A stretch of DNA of 64,000 nt from Escherichia phage AV118. Below, one piece after another: positions 29,174 through 38,306 of this stretch. Under the pieces are notes generated by a model. It was not told the DNA's origin and searched no databases. It saw only the letters and a list, made by a program, of their open reading frames with translations. Made by a program: the position numbers and the translations under genes. The stretch is from the sequence record OR352948.1; one strand, 5' to 3'. Position 1 is the stretch's first letter, and the number at the start of each line of letters is the position of its first letter.

Positions 29174-29482
29174 TCAGTTAGAAAATAAATTTATCCAAGT
29201 TTTTTCTTTAATCAAAAATGGGTCGGAATTAAACGCCATTAAACTTTGAGTGATTAATCCCTTAAATGGCCCATCAATAAATTCCATTTTGAAATGCGGA
29301 ATACTAGTCATCAACCGTGCATTAGGAGCAGTACAAAGAACCTGCTGCCCTGCGAACGGTCCTTTAGTCAAACGGTATCGTTTAGGTTTAAAATGGTAAA
29401 TCTCGTAATTTTCTACAAGAGCCATTTTATTGCATACTGGGCTGTTATAACAATATTCAAAAACTTCAATAGTGGTCATCAT
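29174..29482 (-). CDS. Hypothetical protein
   Basis: 102 aa ORF. Confidence 0.4.
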   Translation of the reverse strand: MMTTIEVFEYCYNSPVCNKMALVENYEIYHFKPKRYRLTKGPFAGQQVLCTAPNARLMTSIPHFKMEFIDGPFKGLITQSLMAFNSDPFLIKEKTWINLFSN

Positions 29483-30018
29483 TGCATTCCAATCACAAAA
29501 AATTGAGGACGAGCATTACCGCCGATGCAATATTTGCTTTTGCAACAGTGTTGGACTGTTTTAATATGTACATTGTAAATCTTATCCATATCAGGAGCTT
29601 TAATAGGCTCGTCAATTATGTACAGAATACGAGAAAGCGTTAATCCACGGAATTTAGAACCTTCATTGCCAATAAAACTACGAACAGAATCAGTAAATAA
29701 ACGGAATCGAATATCGTCGCTAGAATAACGAGAAAATTCTTTTTTAATGTTGCCGGCAGAAATTTTAGCATAAGCTGAAGTATTAGAAAGAACAATAACT
29801 GTTCCACCATCATACAGCCAATTAACAGCAAAATTAGTTACTGCGGTCGATTTACCTGATTGTCTGCCGCCGTCTAAACGAAGTGTACAGTACTGCTTGA
29901 GTACGTCTTCAAATGGTGGGACATAACCGTTCTTACAAATTTCTTCTACTCTAGCATCAGAATGGTGTGTAAAAGCATTCATCAGGGATAGATAAGGACC
30001 AGTTAAAAATGTTCTCAT
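29479..30018 (-). CDS. P-loop protein
   Basis: Walker A GGRQSGKST. Confidence 0.5.
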   Translation of the reverse strand: MRTFLTGPYLSLMNAFTHHSDARVEEICKNGYVPPFEDVLKQYCTLRLDGGRQSGKSTAVTNFAVNWLYDGGTVIVLSNTSAYAKISAGNIKKEFSRYSSDDIRFRLFTDSVRSFIGNEGSKFRGLTLSRILYIIDEPIKAPDMDKIYNVHIKTVQHCCKSKYCIGGNARPQFFVIGMQ

Positions 30019-30080
30019 TTAGTTTCTCTTTTAGGTTGGGCCATTCCGTGGCGCATGAATTGTCCATTTCTGTATTTACC

Positions 30081-30129
30081 CCTCCAAGTAATTATGAATA
30101 TACTATCACAATTCTAGGAGAAAGTAAAC
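30081..30129 (-). promoter_or_regulatory. Promoter/stem-loop cassette (variant)
   Basis: cctccaag...tatactatcac...ctaggag...gtaaac. Confidence 0.35.
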
Positions 30130-30131
30130 TG

Positions 30132-30434
30132 TTATTTACCTTTAATTACTTTAGCTGCTTCGATAGCCGCTTGCTGAAGGTCATCCATAGACATACCAAA
30201 TTTAGAAGCAAAGTTATCAATTTTCTTTTCGACAGCATTCAAAGGCTTGGCCTGTTTACCTTCATTAGCGCCAGGAAGAGCGAGAATACGCTCTTTGTCA
30301 ATATAAAGGCTTACAAGTTTCTTACGGTCTTTATCGGACAAATCATGAAATGAATGGGCCTTTTTATTTATAGCGGCTTCTAATTTACCTGCACTCACTC
30401 GCGCTTCAGTAATAAATTCTTGATATGTTTTCAT
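30132..30434 (-). CDS. Internal-protein-like head protein with capsid-targeting N-terminus
   Basis: Starts MKTYQEFITE|A, matching the T4 IP capsid-targeting sequence with an (L/I)xE protease site. Confidence 0.6.
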   Translation of the reverse strand: MKTYQEFITEARVSAGKLEAAINKKAHSFHDLSDKDRKKLVSLYIDKERILALPGANEGKQAKPLNAVEKKIDNFASKFGMSMDDLQQAAIEAAKVIKGK

Positions 30435-30497
30435 TTTTGTTTCCTTGTTTGTTTTGATAGAGTAATTATACCATATTAATACTTAAGCGTAAACAAT

Positions 30498-30758
30498 TTA
30501 AGCTTTACCGCCAGAAATAATTCCGAAGTTGTTAAAATCGTATCCAATATCGTCAACATCTACTTTAGGACTTACTACAACATAAGCAATTTCACTACGT
30601 TTTGCATAGGTGTTGATTTCTTTACCATCGCCACCTAAGAAAGAATACCCATTACGTTTTAATGAGCCAAAGTCTTCGGCATCACCAATGAAAGCTTTAA
30701 CTTTAAATTTAGGACCTTTGGCATCTGCTTCAGCGATAAATTCTTGATACATTTTCAT
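30498..30758 (-). CDS. Internal-protein-like head protein with capsid-targeting N-terminus
   Basis: Starts MKMYQEFIAE|A. Confidence 0.6.
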   Translation of the reverse strand: MKMYQEFIAEADAKGPKFKVKAFIGDAEDFGSLKRNGYSFLGGDGKEINTYAKRSEIAYVVVSPKVDVDDIGYDFNNFGIISGGKA

Positions 30759-30764
30759 TTTTCC

Positions 30765-31178
30765 TTAGTAAATTGATTTACCATAGTATTTGTACCAAGT
30801 CGGACGTTGAGCAATTTTTTCATCTAAGCGTGCTTGACTTATCGCAATGGACGCTTCAGACGGGACGTAATTATTACGAAATTCTATAGGAATGTCGGAA
30901 ATATCCTGGACAGTCGTGTCCTTGATTTTGAAACCACGTTTCAAGCATTCAGCGATTAGTTCGATTTGACGTAAACGTAAAAATTCGAGTTTGTCGTAAA
31001 AGAATGTTACGTGACCTGTGCCTAAGATAAATGTTGGAGAGATTTTAAAATCCTTTACACGTTTACCGTTTTGAACATGTTTACGGACTGCACCAAATAC
31101 GCGTGGTAATTCACGATACTCAGCCATAAGATGTTGGTCGGTCAGTTCAGAAACAAGTGTTAAATTGATACGGGTCAT
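30765..31178 (-). CDS. denV: Endonuclease V (pyrimidine-dimer DNA glycosylase)
   Basis: From [12 protein letters not shown] it is 138 aa and near-identical to recalled T4 DenV. Confidence 0.9.
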   Translation of the reverse strand: MTRINLTLVSELTDQHLMAEYRELPRVFGAVRKHVQNGKRVKDFKISPTFILGTGHVTFFYDKLEFLRLRQIELIAECLKRGFKIKDTTVQDISDIPIEFRNNYVPSEASIAISQARLDEKIAQRPTWYKYYGKSIY

Positions 31179-31183
31179 AATTT

Positions 31184-31235
31184 CCTCCAAGTAGTTGATG
31201 AATGTATAGTATCAAAGTCCTTGGAGGAAGTAAAC
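31184..31235 (-). promoter_or_regulatory. Promoter/stem-loop cassette upstream of denV
   Basis: 8-bp inverted repeat cctccaag/cttggagg around gtatagtatc, with gtaaac at the end; the denV SD ggagg lies in one arm. Confidence 0.5.
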
Positions 31236-31236
31236 A

Positions 31237-31518
31237 CTATTTTTCTGAAGCGCCTGAAATATATTTTTCAAGACGTTGTTTCATTAGCGAGCCGTTCTTA
31301 GCGATTTCTTCCGGTTTATCGCACATACGTAACAAGGCTTCAAGCTTAGCGATATCGCTGGTACGTTCAAATTTGCGAGTATCTATCTTACTAGCAAGTT
31401 CAGAAATACGTGCTAATAGACTTTCAGCTTCAACCAAAGCTGCACCTAGCTTAGTTGCAAATGTGTCAGTAGCTTCATTAAGAATAGATTCTGATAAAAA
31501 TTCATTGTATGTTTTCAT
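31237..31518 (-). CDS. Internal-protein-like head protein (ipII/ipIII position)
   Basis: From the internal start [10 protein letters not shown]|S; lies between e and denV as ipII/ipIII do in T4. Confidence 0.55.
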   Translation of the reverse strand: MKTYNEFLSESILNEATDTFATKLGAALVEAESLLARISELASKIDTRKFERTSDIAKLEALLRMCDKPEEIAKNGSLMKQRLEKYISGASEK

Positions 31519-32003
31519 ATATACGCTTTCCAAGTTCCTGTTTTAAATGTTGAGATTACGCGTTTCGCGCGATTAGGTGTCTGACGATACCATTTAGATT
31601 GGGCTAGATTTACTGCCGCTTCGTCCCAACGTTTCTGTTGAAGCATACGAAGAGAATTAGTAAAACCGGCGACGCCTGCTACACCCATTTGGAAGACCAT
31701 ATTGACCAATGCACATCGACGAACCGCATCTAAAGAATCATATACCGGTTTAAGTTTAGCATTACCCAAGATTCCGCGAACGGCTTTATCAACGTCTTCA
31801 TTAAATAGCTTTTCAGCCTCATCGAGGGTAATTGTACCGTTGCATTTACGTCCGATCATTCTGTCAAGTTCAGCTTTAGCTACGGCTAAAGACGGGTTCT
31901 TTGTTACTAAATGGCCTATGCCAATCGTCCAAAAGCCTTCAGTGTCTTTGTATAAAGTTAGTCTAAGACCTTCGTCATTACGAAGCATTTCAAATATATT
32001 CAT
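31515..32003 (-). CDS. e: Lysozyme (endolysin)
   Basis: From MNIFEML it is 162 aa with high identity to recalled T4 lysozyme (catalytic region EGLRLxxYKDTEGxxTIGIGH). Confidence 0.9.
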   Translation of the reverse strand: MNIFEMLRNDEGLRLTLYKDTEGFWTIGIGHLVTKNPSLAVAKAELDRMIGRKCNGTITLDEAEKLFNEDVDKAVRGILGNAKLKPVYDSLDAVRRCALVNMVFQMGVAGVAGFTNSLRMLQQKRWDEAAVNLAQSKWYRQTPNRAKRVISTFKTGTWKAYI

Positions 32004-32030
32004 AATACCTCCCACGTTTATAGGAGGTAT
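32004..32030 (-). promoter_or_regulatory. SD-sequestering hairpin with embedded late-promoter-like box upstream of e
   Basis: Minus strand acctcc-TATAAACGTG-ggaggt, then att-ATG; the 3' arm is the SD; loop TATAAACG is one mismatch from TATAAATA. Confidence 0.45.
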
Positions 32031-32037
32031 TTATTAC

Positions 32038-32496
32038 TTATAGGAGGGTAGTGAGCACCTTATATAATGATTTGCCCATTACATATTCCCATTGAGAAGG
32101 TTTAATTAAAGCGAATGCATCAAATTCAGGAATCTGACGTCCGTCTGGGAATGTATGATAGGAATTACAAACACTGTTTCTGAATTGCTCGTGCTCTACA
32201 GGGATGGTATATAGGAACAGATGAATATTCTTATTATCTGAGTAATGATGTTCACCTAGGTCTTTCAGGAAGGCAGGGTCATATTGTGTAAACCCAGTTT
32301 CTTCTTCGCATTCACGAATAGCGGCTTCAATAGGAGATTCGCCAGGTTCGACATGGCCTTTAGGAATATCCCACCGATGAGCTAAAGAACCTTTAGGACG
32401 AGAACCAGTTACACGCCCCATGAATAATTCTTTATCTTCGGTAAGGAAAATAATACCGGCTGATAGTTCTTTCACTTTATTTTTCTTACTCATCAT
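32038..32496 (-). CDS. nudE: Nudix hydrolase NudE
   Basis: Nudix box GHVEPGESPIEAAIRECEEETG; position after e as in T4. Confidence 0.8.
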   Translation of the reverse strand: MMSKKNKVKELSAGIIFLTEDKELFMGRVTGSRPKGSLAHRWDIPKGHVEPGESPIEAAIRECEEETGFTQYDPAFLKDLGEHHYSDNKNIHLFLYTIPVEHEQFRNSVCNSYHTFPDGRQIPEFDAFALIKPSQWEYVMGKSLYKVLTTLL

Positions 32497-32737
32497 CTCG
32501 GTCCCATGATTTGGCCATTAATTCGGACATAAATTCTTCAATGCGCGTTTCTTTAGATGGACTTTCACTATTAGAGACCGCAAGTTTGTAATCTGCAATA
32601 GGACAGAACATATCAAGGTCCATATTAAGGTCGTCTTTGATTTTTTCTTCTGACACATCTTTATCGTATGTGTACAGATAACTATCACATGATTCTGATT
32701 TAATGTAAATTGCTATACTCATCTCAAATTCCTGCAT
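32486..32737 (-). CDS. Hypothetical acidic protein
   Basis: 83 aa ORF. Confidence 0.4.
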   Translation of the reverse strand: MQEFEMSIAIYIKSESCDSYLYTYDKDVSEEKIKDDLNMDLDMFCPIADYKLAVSNSESPSKETRIEEFMSELMAKSWDRDDE

Positions 32738-33198
32738 TCGGTAATAAAACGTTCAACTTCATTATTCTTGGCTTTTATCTTGTCTTTATGTTCTTGTAAA
32801 CTACTTTTAATAAGATTAATAATGATAGCGACAGTGCCGCCGCCAATGATGCCACCAATAATACTTACGATAGTAGATGCTAATAAGATAGCAATAATAT
32901 CAACAAAACCGAAAGAACTCACCTTAGTACTAAAAAACCATATAGACGGTACAAATATAATCCATCCTGTTATCCATTGGCACTTATTGAAAAACTTTTC
33001 AAGCTCAGCTTGAGTTGTTCGTATTACTTCATCGATAGGTTGATATCCGTTAATGTATCTGTTCACGATAATACCTGCTGACTGGTCGATTTTAAATTCT
33101 TGGCAAATATGTTTCACTAAGTATGATGGACATCCTGTCCAATCTACTGAATAGTATGAAATACCTTCATTGCCGTCGTCTATATTATTGTTAATCAT
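32719..33198 (-). CDS. Membrane protein
   Basis: Two long hydrophobic segments including a GGIIGGG-rich helix. Confidence 0.45.
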   Translation of the reverse strand: MINNNIDDGNEGISYYSVDWTGCPSYLVKHICQEFKIDQSAGIIVNRYINGYQPIDEVIRTTQAELEKFFNKCQWITGWIIFVPSIWFFSTKVSSFGFVDIIAILLASTIVSIIGGIIGGGTVAIIINLIKSSLQEHKDKIKAKNNEVERFITECRNLR

Positions 33199-33884
33199 TA
33201 CCAGCCTTCCATAGGGAATTCCAGATAAACTTGAGCATTGACACGAATTTCATTGGTAATCTTTTTAACTCGGTCTGTATTACGAGATACACGTCCGAAC
33301 CAACGCCATCCGTTACTAATTGCACGAGAACCAGTGTGCCATGTTTGCCAATCAAATTGAAGAAGAGTACGGTCTGGAGCTTCCCATTTCTCTAGTTCGC
33401 CTTTTTCGATTTTTTCGAGGACTTCTTTGTGCCACTGGCGATAGATAAGTTTGCCATCAGGAATCTGACTGAACTCTGCAGTTCCTGTTGCAAAATGAGT
33501 AGGACACACATCAGCGTTAACAAGACCAAGAATATGTTCAGACAAATAGCGAGGATTGTCATAGTCAGGTTGTCCTGCAGTAATAAAGTGTTGACCAACT
33601 GGAATATCAGGGCGTGGAACATCGTCATGGTGATATCCAGGAATAGCAGGGTACCAGCCAGGCATCAGCATGTGGACTCGTGAATCAAATACAACATCCG
33701 AGTCTTTCCAATCGTCAGGGAGATTTTGGATAAAGCTACGAGTAATTGGACCGCCATTATCAAAAGCAAAATTCAAATCGCAATTAAAGAACATAGGCTC
33801 GTTTTTAATCTGGCCATTTTTAATCGCATGAGCAAAACCACCTACTGCACGAGCTTGACTATTAAACACTTTAGAACTATTCAT
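33198..33884 (-). CDS. Hypothetical protein
   Basis: 228 aa, His/Asp/Trp-rich; no family assignable by eye. Confidence 0.45.
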   Translation of the reverse strand: MNSSKVFNSQARAVGGFAHAIKNGQIKNEPMFFNCDLNFAFDNGGPITRSFIQNLPDDWKDSDVVFDSRVHMLMPGWYPAIPGYHHDDVPRPDIPVGQHFITAGQPDYDNPRYLSEHILGLVNADVCPTHFATGTAEFSQIPDGKLIYRQWHKEVLEKIEKGELEKWEAPDRTLLQFDWQTWHTGSRAISNGWRWFGRVSRNTDRVKKITNEIRVNAQVYLEFPMEGW

Positions 33885-33885
33885 A

Positions 33886-34191
33886 TTATTTTCCTCGGCA
33901 TTCTTTAATGAAATTTTCTAGATTGGTAGATTCAATAGCTTTTTTACGAGCTTCTGCATGTTCTTCTTCGGACAATTTACATTTATAATTGACCCAGACA
34001 TTATGGTCGAAACTAGTCGTGGCATATAATAACAATGCTCCAACGAATAGCAAAAACGGTGATAAGAATACAAAACCAGGAACACCATCCATACTGTAAG
34101 CCTTTTGTAATACTGCAACAGAAAGAGCTGCGTAAAAAGGTGATGCAAATATTGTTAAAAGACCAATTCGGTTGGTTTCGCCTAATTTCAT
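33886..34191 (-). CDS. Membrane protein
   Basis: 101 aa with two hydrophobic helices; SD gaggag. Confidence 0.45.
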   Translation of the reverse strand: MKLGETNRIGLLTIFASPFYAALSVAVLQKAYSMDGVPGFVFLSPFLLFVGALLLYATTSFDHNVWVNYKCKLSEEEHAEARKKAIESTNLENFIKECRGK

Positions 34192-34204
34192 AATATTCTC
34201 CTCA

Positions 34205-34249
34205 TGTTTTAATAGGACTACTATAACATAATCCTATAATTATGTAAAC
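34205..34249 (-). promoter_or_regulatory. Promoter/stem-loop cassette
   Basis: aataggactactataacataatcctat...gtaaac. Confidence 0.4.
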
Positions 34250-34261
34250 AGTTTTGCGAAA

Positions 34262-35218
34262 TTATTTGAAAGGTTTTACCATATGAAAATTTTCTTTAAA
34301 CCGTTTGATGTAATCATTTTTGCCGAGCTTATGATACATAGCCACTACTTCATAATAGTTCTCGTATGCGTACTCACGGAACCAACCGGAGGTGATGCTT
34401 GTGCAGACTTTTTCTAATGCCATCATGAAACTGGCTTCAGGGTTAATTTTAAAGTCATTAGGAATTTGAGAACGTTCTAATGCTAGTACACATGATTCTT
34501 CATATACACCAGCCAGTTTAATCATTTCGGGTAACGATTCGAACTTCTCGCGTGAGGTCATGACTTCAGAACCGTCTTTCATATAAAATGTATACGCTGG
34601 ACGGTCTGTTAGTGCAATGGCTTCATGAATAGTATCATGGTCATATGTATAGATGTCATCTTTAAAGAACGCACTTTTAGAAGTGTCAAGAACTGGGTGA
34701 GCATAGTTCAAGGTTTCTTTCTGGCGTTTCAGCATAATTTCAGTAAGTTCATCGTTCAGTGTAACACCTTTACCACGAAGATACTGAATATGGTTCATAG
34801 TCTTTAAAAAGAATGGATTATTTTTCTTGAAACGATGAGACATCTTAATTGCAAGACCTATCTCAGGAGTTGCCCAGTAAAACCCGTTCAAACGGTCTTT
34901 AGTCAAATTTTTCTTGGCGTATTTTAAAAGGTCATAAGAAGACGTGAAATCTTCAGGAGTGAGTTCACCGACTAATTCACGGACATTAGTGATTGCCGGA
35001 ACAATATATGCTTCAAAATGAGTTTCGCGTCCATTATGGAAGCATTTGAAAACTTGGACATCAGGGTTATCTTGGTGAACATATACACCCATCATTTGAT
35101 TTTTGAATGCATTCCAAGAACCTTGGTCCGCAATAAAGTCCCAATCACTATTTTTGATAGCGCTAGAATCAATAAGACCGTGATAGTGAAGTGCACGAGA
35201 ACCAATAACTAACATCAT
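34262..35218 (-). CDS. Hypothetical protein, possible nucleotidyltransferase-like N-terminus
   Basis: GSRALHYHG...SDWDF loosely fits a GS...DxD signature; weak. Confidence 0.4.
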   Translation of the reverse strand: MMLVIGSRALHYHGLIDSSAIKNSDWDFIADQGSWNAFKNQMMGVYVHQDNPDVQVFKCFHNGRETHFEAYIVPAITNVRELVGELTPEDFTSSYDLLKYAKKNLTKDRLNGFYWATPEIGLAIKMSHRFKKNNPFFLKTMNHIQYLRGKGVTLNDELTEIMLKRQKETLNYAHPVLDTSKSAFFKDDIYTYDHDTIHEAIALTDRPAYTFYMKDGSEVMTSREKFESLPEMIKLAGVYEESCVLALERSQIPNDFKINPEASFMMALEKVCTSITSGWFREYAYENYYEVVAMYHKLGKNDYIKRFKENFHMVKPFK

Positions 35219-35243
35219 AATAATTTCCTCGAATTTAGATTAC

Positions 35244-35483
35244 TTAAATTTCGCGACATGCGATATCATATTCATCCCAGAGGTCATCATGTGAAGCCTC
35301 TACCAATGGAACGATTGTACCGTTTATGTCTTCATTATAAGGGCAAATTGTACAGTGCGCATCTTCGAATCGGATGCCTTTGTGTTCAGATTTTTTATAA
35401 CGCATATCGAATATCTTTGCAAACTTTTCACGAGTAATGGTTTTAGCAACCACTTTGGTTCCAATACTTTCATAATAAATCAT
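35244..35483 (-). CDS. Hypothetical protein
   Basis: Start MIYYESIG with SD ggag. Confidence 0.4.
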   Translation of the reverse strand: MIYYESIGTKVVAKTITREKFAKIFDMRYKKSEHKGIRFEDAHCTICPYNEDINGTIVPLVEASHDDLWDEYDIACREI

Positions 35484-35494
35484 CGTGGACTCCA

Positions 35495-35541
35495 TTTAAT
35501 TTGATAGGACTACTATAACATAGCCCTATCTTGTTGTAAAC
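35495..35541 (-). promoter_or_regulatory. Promoter/stem-loop cassette
   Basis: ttgataggactactataacatagccctatc...gtaaac. Confidence 0.4.
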
Positions 35542-35545
35542 TGTT

Positions 35546-35743
35546 TTAGCAAGAATAACTAGATGATACCCAGCCTTGAACAGTGATACTATTGTGGGAT
35601 AATGAGATCGCGTCCTGGAGATTCAGACCTGCGTTATCTTCAATCCATAATGTAACTTCTTCGCGTTCTTCTGTTGCAATTTGGAACAGGTTTTCCAGGG
35701 CAGCTACTGCCGTACGTACAGCACAATCTAATTCACGAGACAT
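35546..35743 (-). CDS. Small protein, paralog 1 of 3 (C-terminal GWVSSSxxC family)
   Basis: 65 aa ending ...TVQGWVSSSYSC. Confidence 0.5.
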   Translation of the reverse strand: MSRELDCAVRTAVAALENLFQIATEEREEVTLWIEDNAGLNLQDAISLSHNSITVQGWVSSSYSC

Positions 35744-35752
35744 ATCGTTTCC

Positions 35753-36025
35753 TTAGCAAGTGTGAGAAGATGCGACCCAACCACCAGTTTCGAGGCTCAG
35801 GTTGTAGTCGTATTGGTAAACGTCAGCCCATTCAGCATAGCCGTTTTTTGTACAACGTTCAAGATCGGCTTTAAGATGTCCGGGTGAATGATAGGTTCCA
35901 CCCATACCATAAGCTGGGTACAAGTCGAATGTTGTGTTTTGTTTATCAGCAATTTCTTTGGCAGCCTCAATAGCTGCATAGATTTTTGCTACAGCTTCAG
36001 CCAGTTCGGTTTGTTCTTTAGACAT
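35753..36025 (-). CDS. Small protein, paralog 2 of 3 (C-terminal GWVSSSxxC family)
   Basis: 90 aa ending ...LETGGWVASSHTC; junction to the next gene is tgcTAAGGAAnnnnnATG. Confidence 0.5.
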   Translation of the reverse strand: MSKEQTELAEAVAKIYAAIEAAKEIADKQNTTFDLYPAYGMGGTYHSPGHLKADLERCTKNGYAEWADVYQYDYNLSLETGGWVASSHTC

Positions 36026-36034
36026 AATGATTCC

Positions 36035-36340
36035 TTAGCACAACGCAGAAGACGAAACCCAAGCACCTTCAGTAATAACGTAACCATTACCTTCACGCTT
36101 AACATCGCCACCGTTATTTTCAATTTCATTTTTCATCCACTGGGATACGATTTCACCCTTAGGATAATAAGTACGACCGCTACCATAATCACCTACAGAA
36201 AATGATACGGCATATTGGTCTGCGATCTTTGTTGCTTCTTCTTCGATACGTTCAGATTGATTCAGAAGTTTATAAATTGCATCTGAAGCAGATTTGGCAT
36301 CATTAAACTCTGGTACTTTAATTTCAATAATCTTACTCAT
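36035..36340 (-). CDS. Small protein, paralog 3 of 3 (C-terminal GWVSSSxxC family)
   Basis: 101 aa ending ...ITEGAWVSSSALC. Confidence 0.5.
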   Translation of the reverse strand: MSKIIEIKVPEFNDAKSASDAIYKLLNQSERIEEEATKIADQYAVSFSVGDYGSGRTYYPKGEIVSQWMKNEIENNGGDVKREGNGYVITEGAWVSSSALC

Positions 36341-36696
36341 TTTCTACATTCCTTAATAAAGTTTTCGATTGTTTCATTTTCACGTCTAGCTAGGAGTTCA
36401 TTATAACTAATCATTTGAGAAGCGTAAATCTTTTTATTTTTCTTGTTATGGTAAATAAAGTCATAGTAAAAATAGACTACAGTACAAAATGATGCGATGG
36501 ATGCAAAGGCTTGGGTATACCGTAAGTCCTGCCATTGGTCTGTGAATCCGCCAGTGTTCCCTATAAATCCTAACACAACGCCGTCAATAAGAAATCCAAC
36601 TAATCCAAAGGCAAATCCCATGCCAATACTCATAATAAAAATTAGAATGTTCTCACCAAGAGAAGGCCATACGGTTAAGAGTTGAGGCTTTTGCAT
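36337..36696 (-). CDS. Membrane protein
   Basis: 119 aa with hydrophobic helices; SD aaggaaa. Confidence 0.45.
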   Translation of the reverse strand: MQKPQLLTVWPSLGENILIFIMSIGMGFAFGLVGFLIDGVVLGFIGNTGGFTDQWQDLRYTQAFASIASFCTVVYFYYDFIYHNKKNKKIYASQMISYNELLARRENETIENFIKECRK

Positions 36697-37037
36697 CTTA
36701 TTTCCTTAACGAATTCCATAGCTTCTTCATATTCATACTTTTTAACAACTTCATCATACTGAGCTTGGGCTTTTGCGCACTGAACTTTCCATTCACGAAC
36801 TCGAGCTCTGTGATGACGGCCTTGGTACCAATATCCCACTCAGTTAATAGGCATTAATAAAAATGGCACAATAAACGACCCGGCTATAATAAGTAAAAAC
36901 ACTGCATCAGACGATATAACTTTATTGGAATCTAAAATAGCTCCTATAATCATAAAGATTAAAAATGCTAAAGCTAAAATAGGGCCAAATAATACTTCGT
37001 TTGGGATTAATTTACGTTTGTATTCGTATGCCCAGGC

Positions 37038-37639
37038 TTAATTGGCATGTACAGGGTTGGCTTTGACATATTCTCTACATTCCATAATAAATTGCTCAAG
37101 GATTAAATTGTTAGTGAAATTAGGACTAACAACCATAGTTTCATAAAGCGCATCAATAGCACTTAAAGCATCAACTCTTTTAAGCAAAGGCTTGCCTTCA
37201 TACATAGTTTCAGAATCGACGATTAAAGTGAAGTAGTATTTTTTATTATCGACTAGAACTTCTGTATCGATATAAAACATATTAGACCTCAGAAGCTTAT
37301 CTCTAAAACCATAATAATCTTTAGAGCGTTCGCTGATATATTCCCATTCAGTGTTTAAACAACAAACAGACCATGTAGGAGCAACGAAATCGGTGAATCT
37401 AATATCATGGTCTGCAACTAGTTTAGCAATAGCTCCGATATCATGAATCATAATACCTGGGGCTAATAAAGATTTTCTGCTATGGCTAGCCGTTTTCTCA
37501 GTAGTCTCATAAGAAGACGACCAGTACCATTTACGTCCAGTTGCAACATATCGTAATGAATCAACTAAAGACGTAGGTGGATTTACCTTATCTCGGAACT
37601 CTTCGAACATTGAGTCAATATCATTATTTTGGTTTCGCA
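37038..37639 (-). CDS. Hypothetical protein
   Basis: About 200 aa from MRNQNN with SD aaggag; no recognisable motif. Confidence 0.45.
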
Positions 37640-37661
37640 TGTTAACTCCTTTATTATCCAA

Positions 37662-37688
37662 AAGGAGGACCGGAGTCCTCCGTATTAT
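37662..37688 (-). terminator. Rho-independent terminator
   Basis: Minus-strand hairpin ggaggac-uccg-guccucc followed by UUUU, directly after the stop at 37690. Confidence 0.45.
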
Positions 37689-37689
37689 T

Positions 37690-38283
37690 TTATTTCAAAG
37701 AGTTAATATATTCTTGTACATCAGCAGAAGTGGTTTCGACACCAGCTGGAGTGCCATTGAACGTTTCAACACGAGTCAGAGTGTCTTCGATATCAACCTT
37801 AGTCAGTGCAGCGATTTCAATTACATCATCGGCCGTAGAGATACCAAGGGCATTAGCTGCTCGAGTTTCACGAATGTATTCGAGTTTGATTGCCAGATTC
37901 TGACGAGCATCATCAAGTTCAACCACCTTACGAGCAATTTCAATTCGCATAGCGGCATACCCGTCAGCTTTTGTATTAAGTTGTTCGGCAGTTCGACGAT
38001 ACAGAAGACCAAGCTTAGCATGCATGGTAACATCTTGTCCTTCAGCCAAGAGCTTACGAATTTCACGTTCCTTAGAAGCGGCTTGCTTGTTCTTTTCATT
38101 AACAAGTTCGCGAATACGTTTTTCTTCATTAATAGATTTAACAGAAGCCGTTTTTAGTTCTTTGATTTGGGTAATCAACTTATCTGCAGCTGCGTTATAC
38201 TGTTCTTCGACAGTCAGATTTTTAGCCATAGCAGTACCCAGTTTAGTGCGGATGAATTCAACAAGTTTTTTCAGTGTGTTCAT
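37690..38283 (-). CDS. Coiled-coil protein of unknown function
   Basis: About 197 aa from MNTLKKL; heptad-rich central region; driven by the second copy of the 48-bp promoter repeat. Confidence 0.5.
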   Translation of the reverse strand: MNTLKKLVEFIRTKLGTAMAKNLTVEEQYNAAADKLITQIKELKTASVKSINEEKRIRELVNEKNKQAASKEREIRKLLAEGQDVTMHAKLGLLYRRTAEQLNTKADGYAAMRIEIARKVVELDDARQNLAIKLEYIRETRAANALGISTADDVIEIAALTKVDIEDTLTRVETFNGTPAGVETTSADVQEYINSLK

Positions 38284-38306
38284 ATTATTACCTTTCAATT
38301 GGTGGT

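Noticed and set aside
33198-33884. 2OG/Fe(II)-oxygenase-like assignment for the 228-aa ORF, based on a YHHDD segment
   Set aside because: An HxD...H arrangement could not be established convincingly without a profile alignment; left as hypothetical.
37690-38283. PspA/IM30-like identity for the coiled-coil protein
   Set aside because: Only generic coiled-coil character is shared; no conserved PspA blocks could be aligned by eye.
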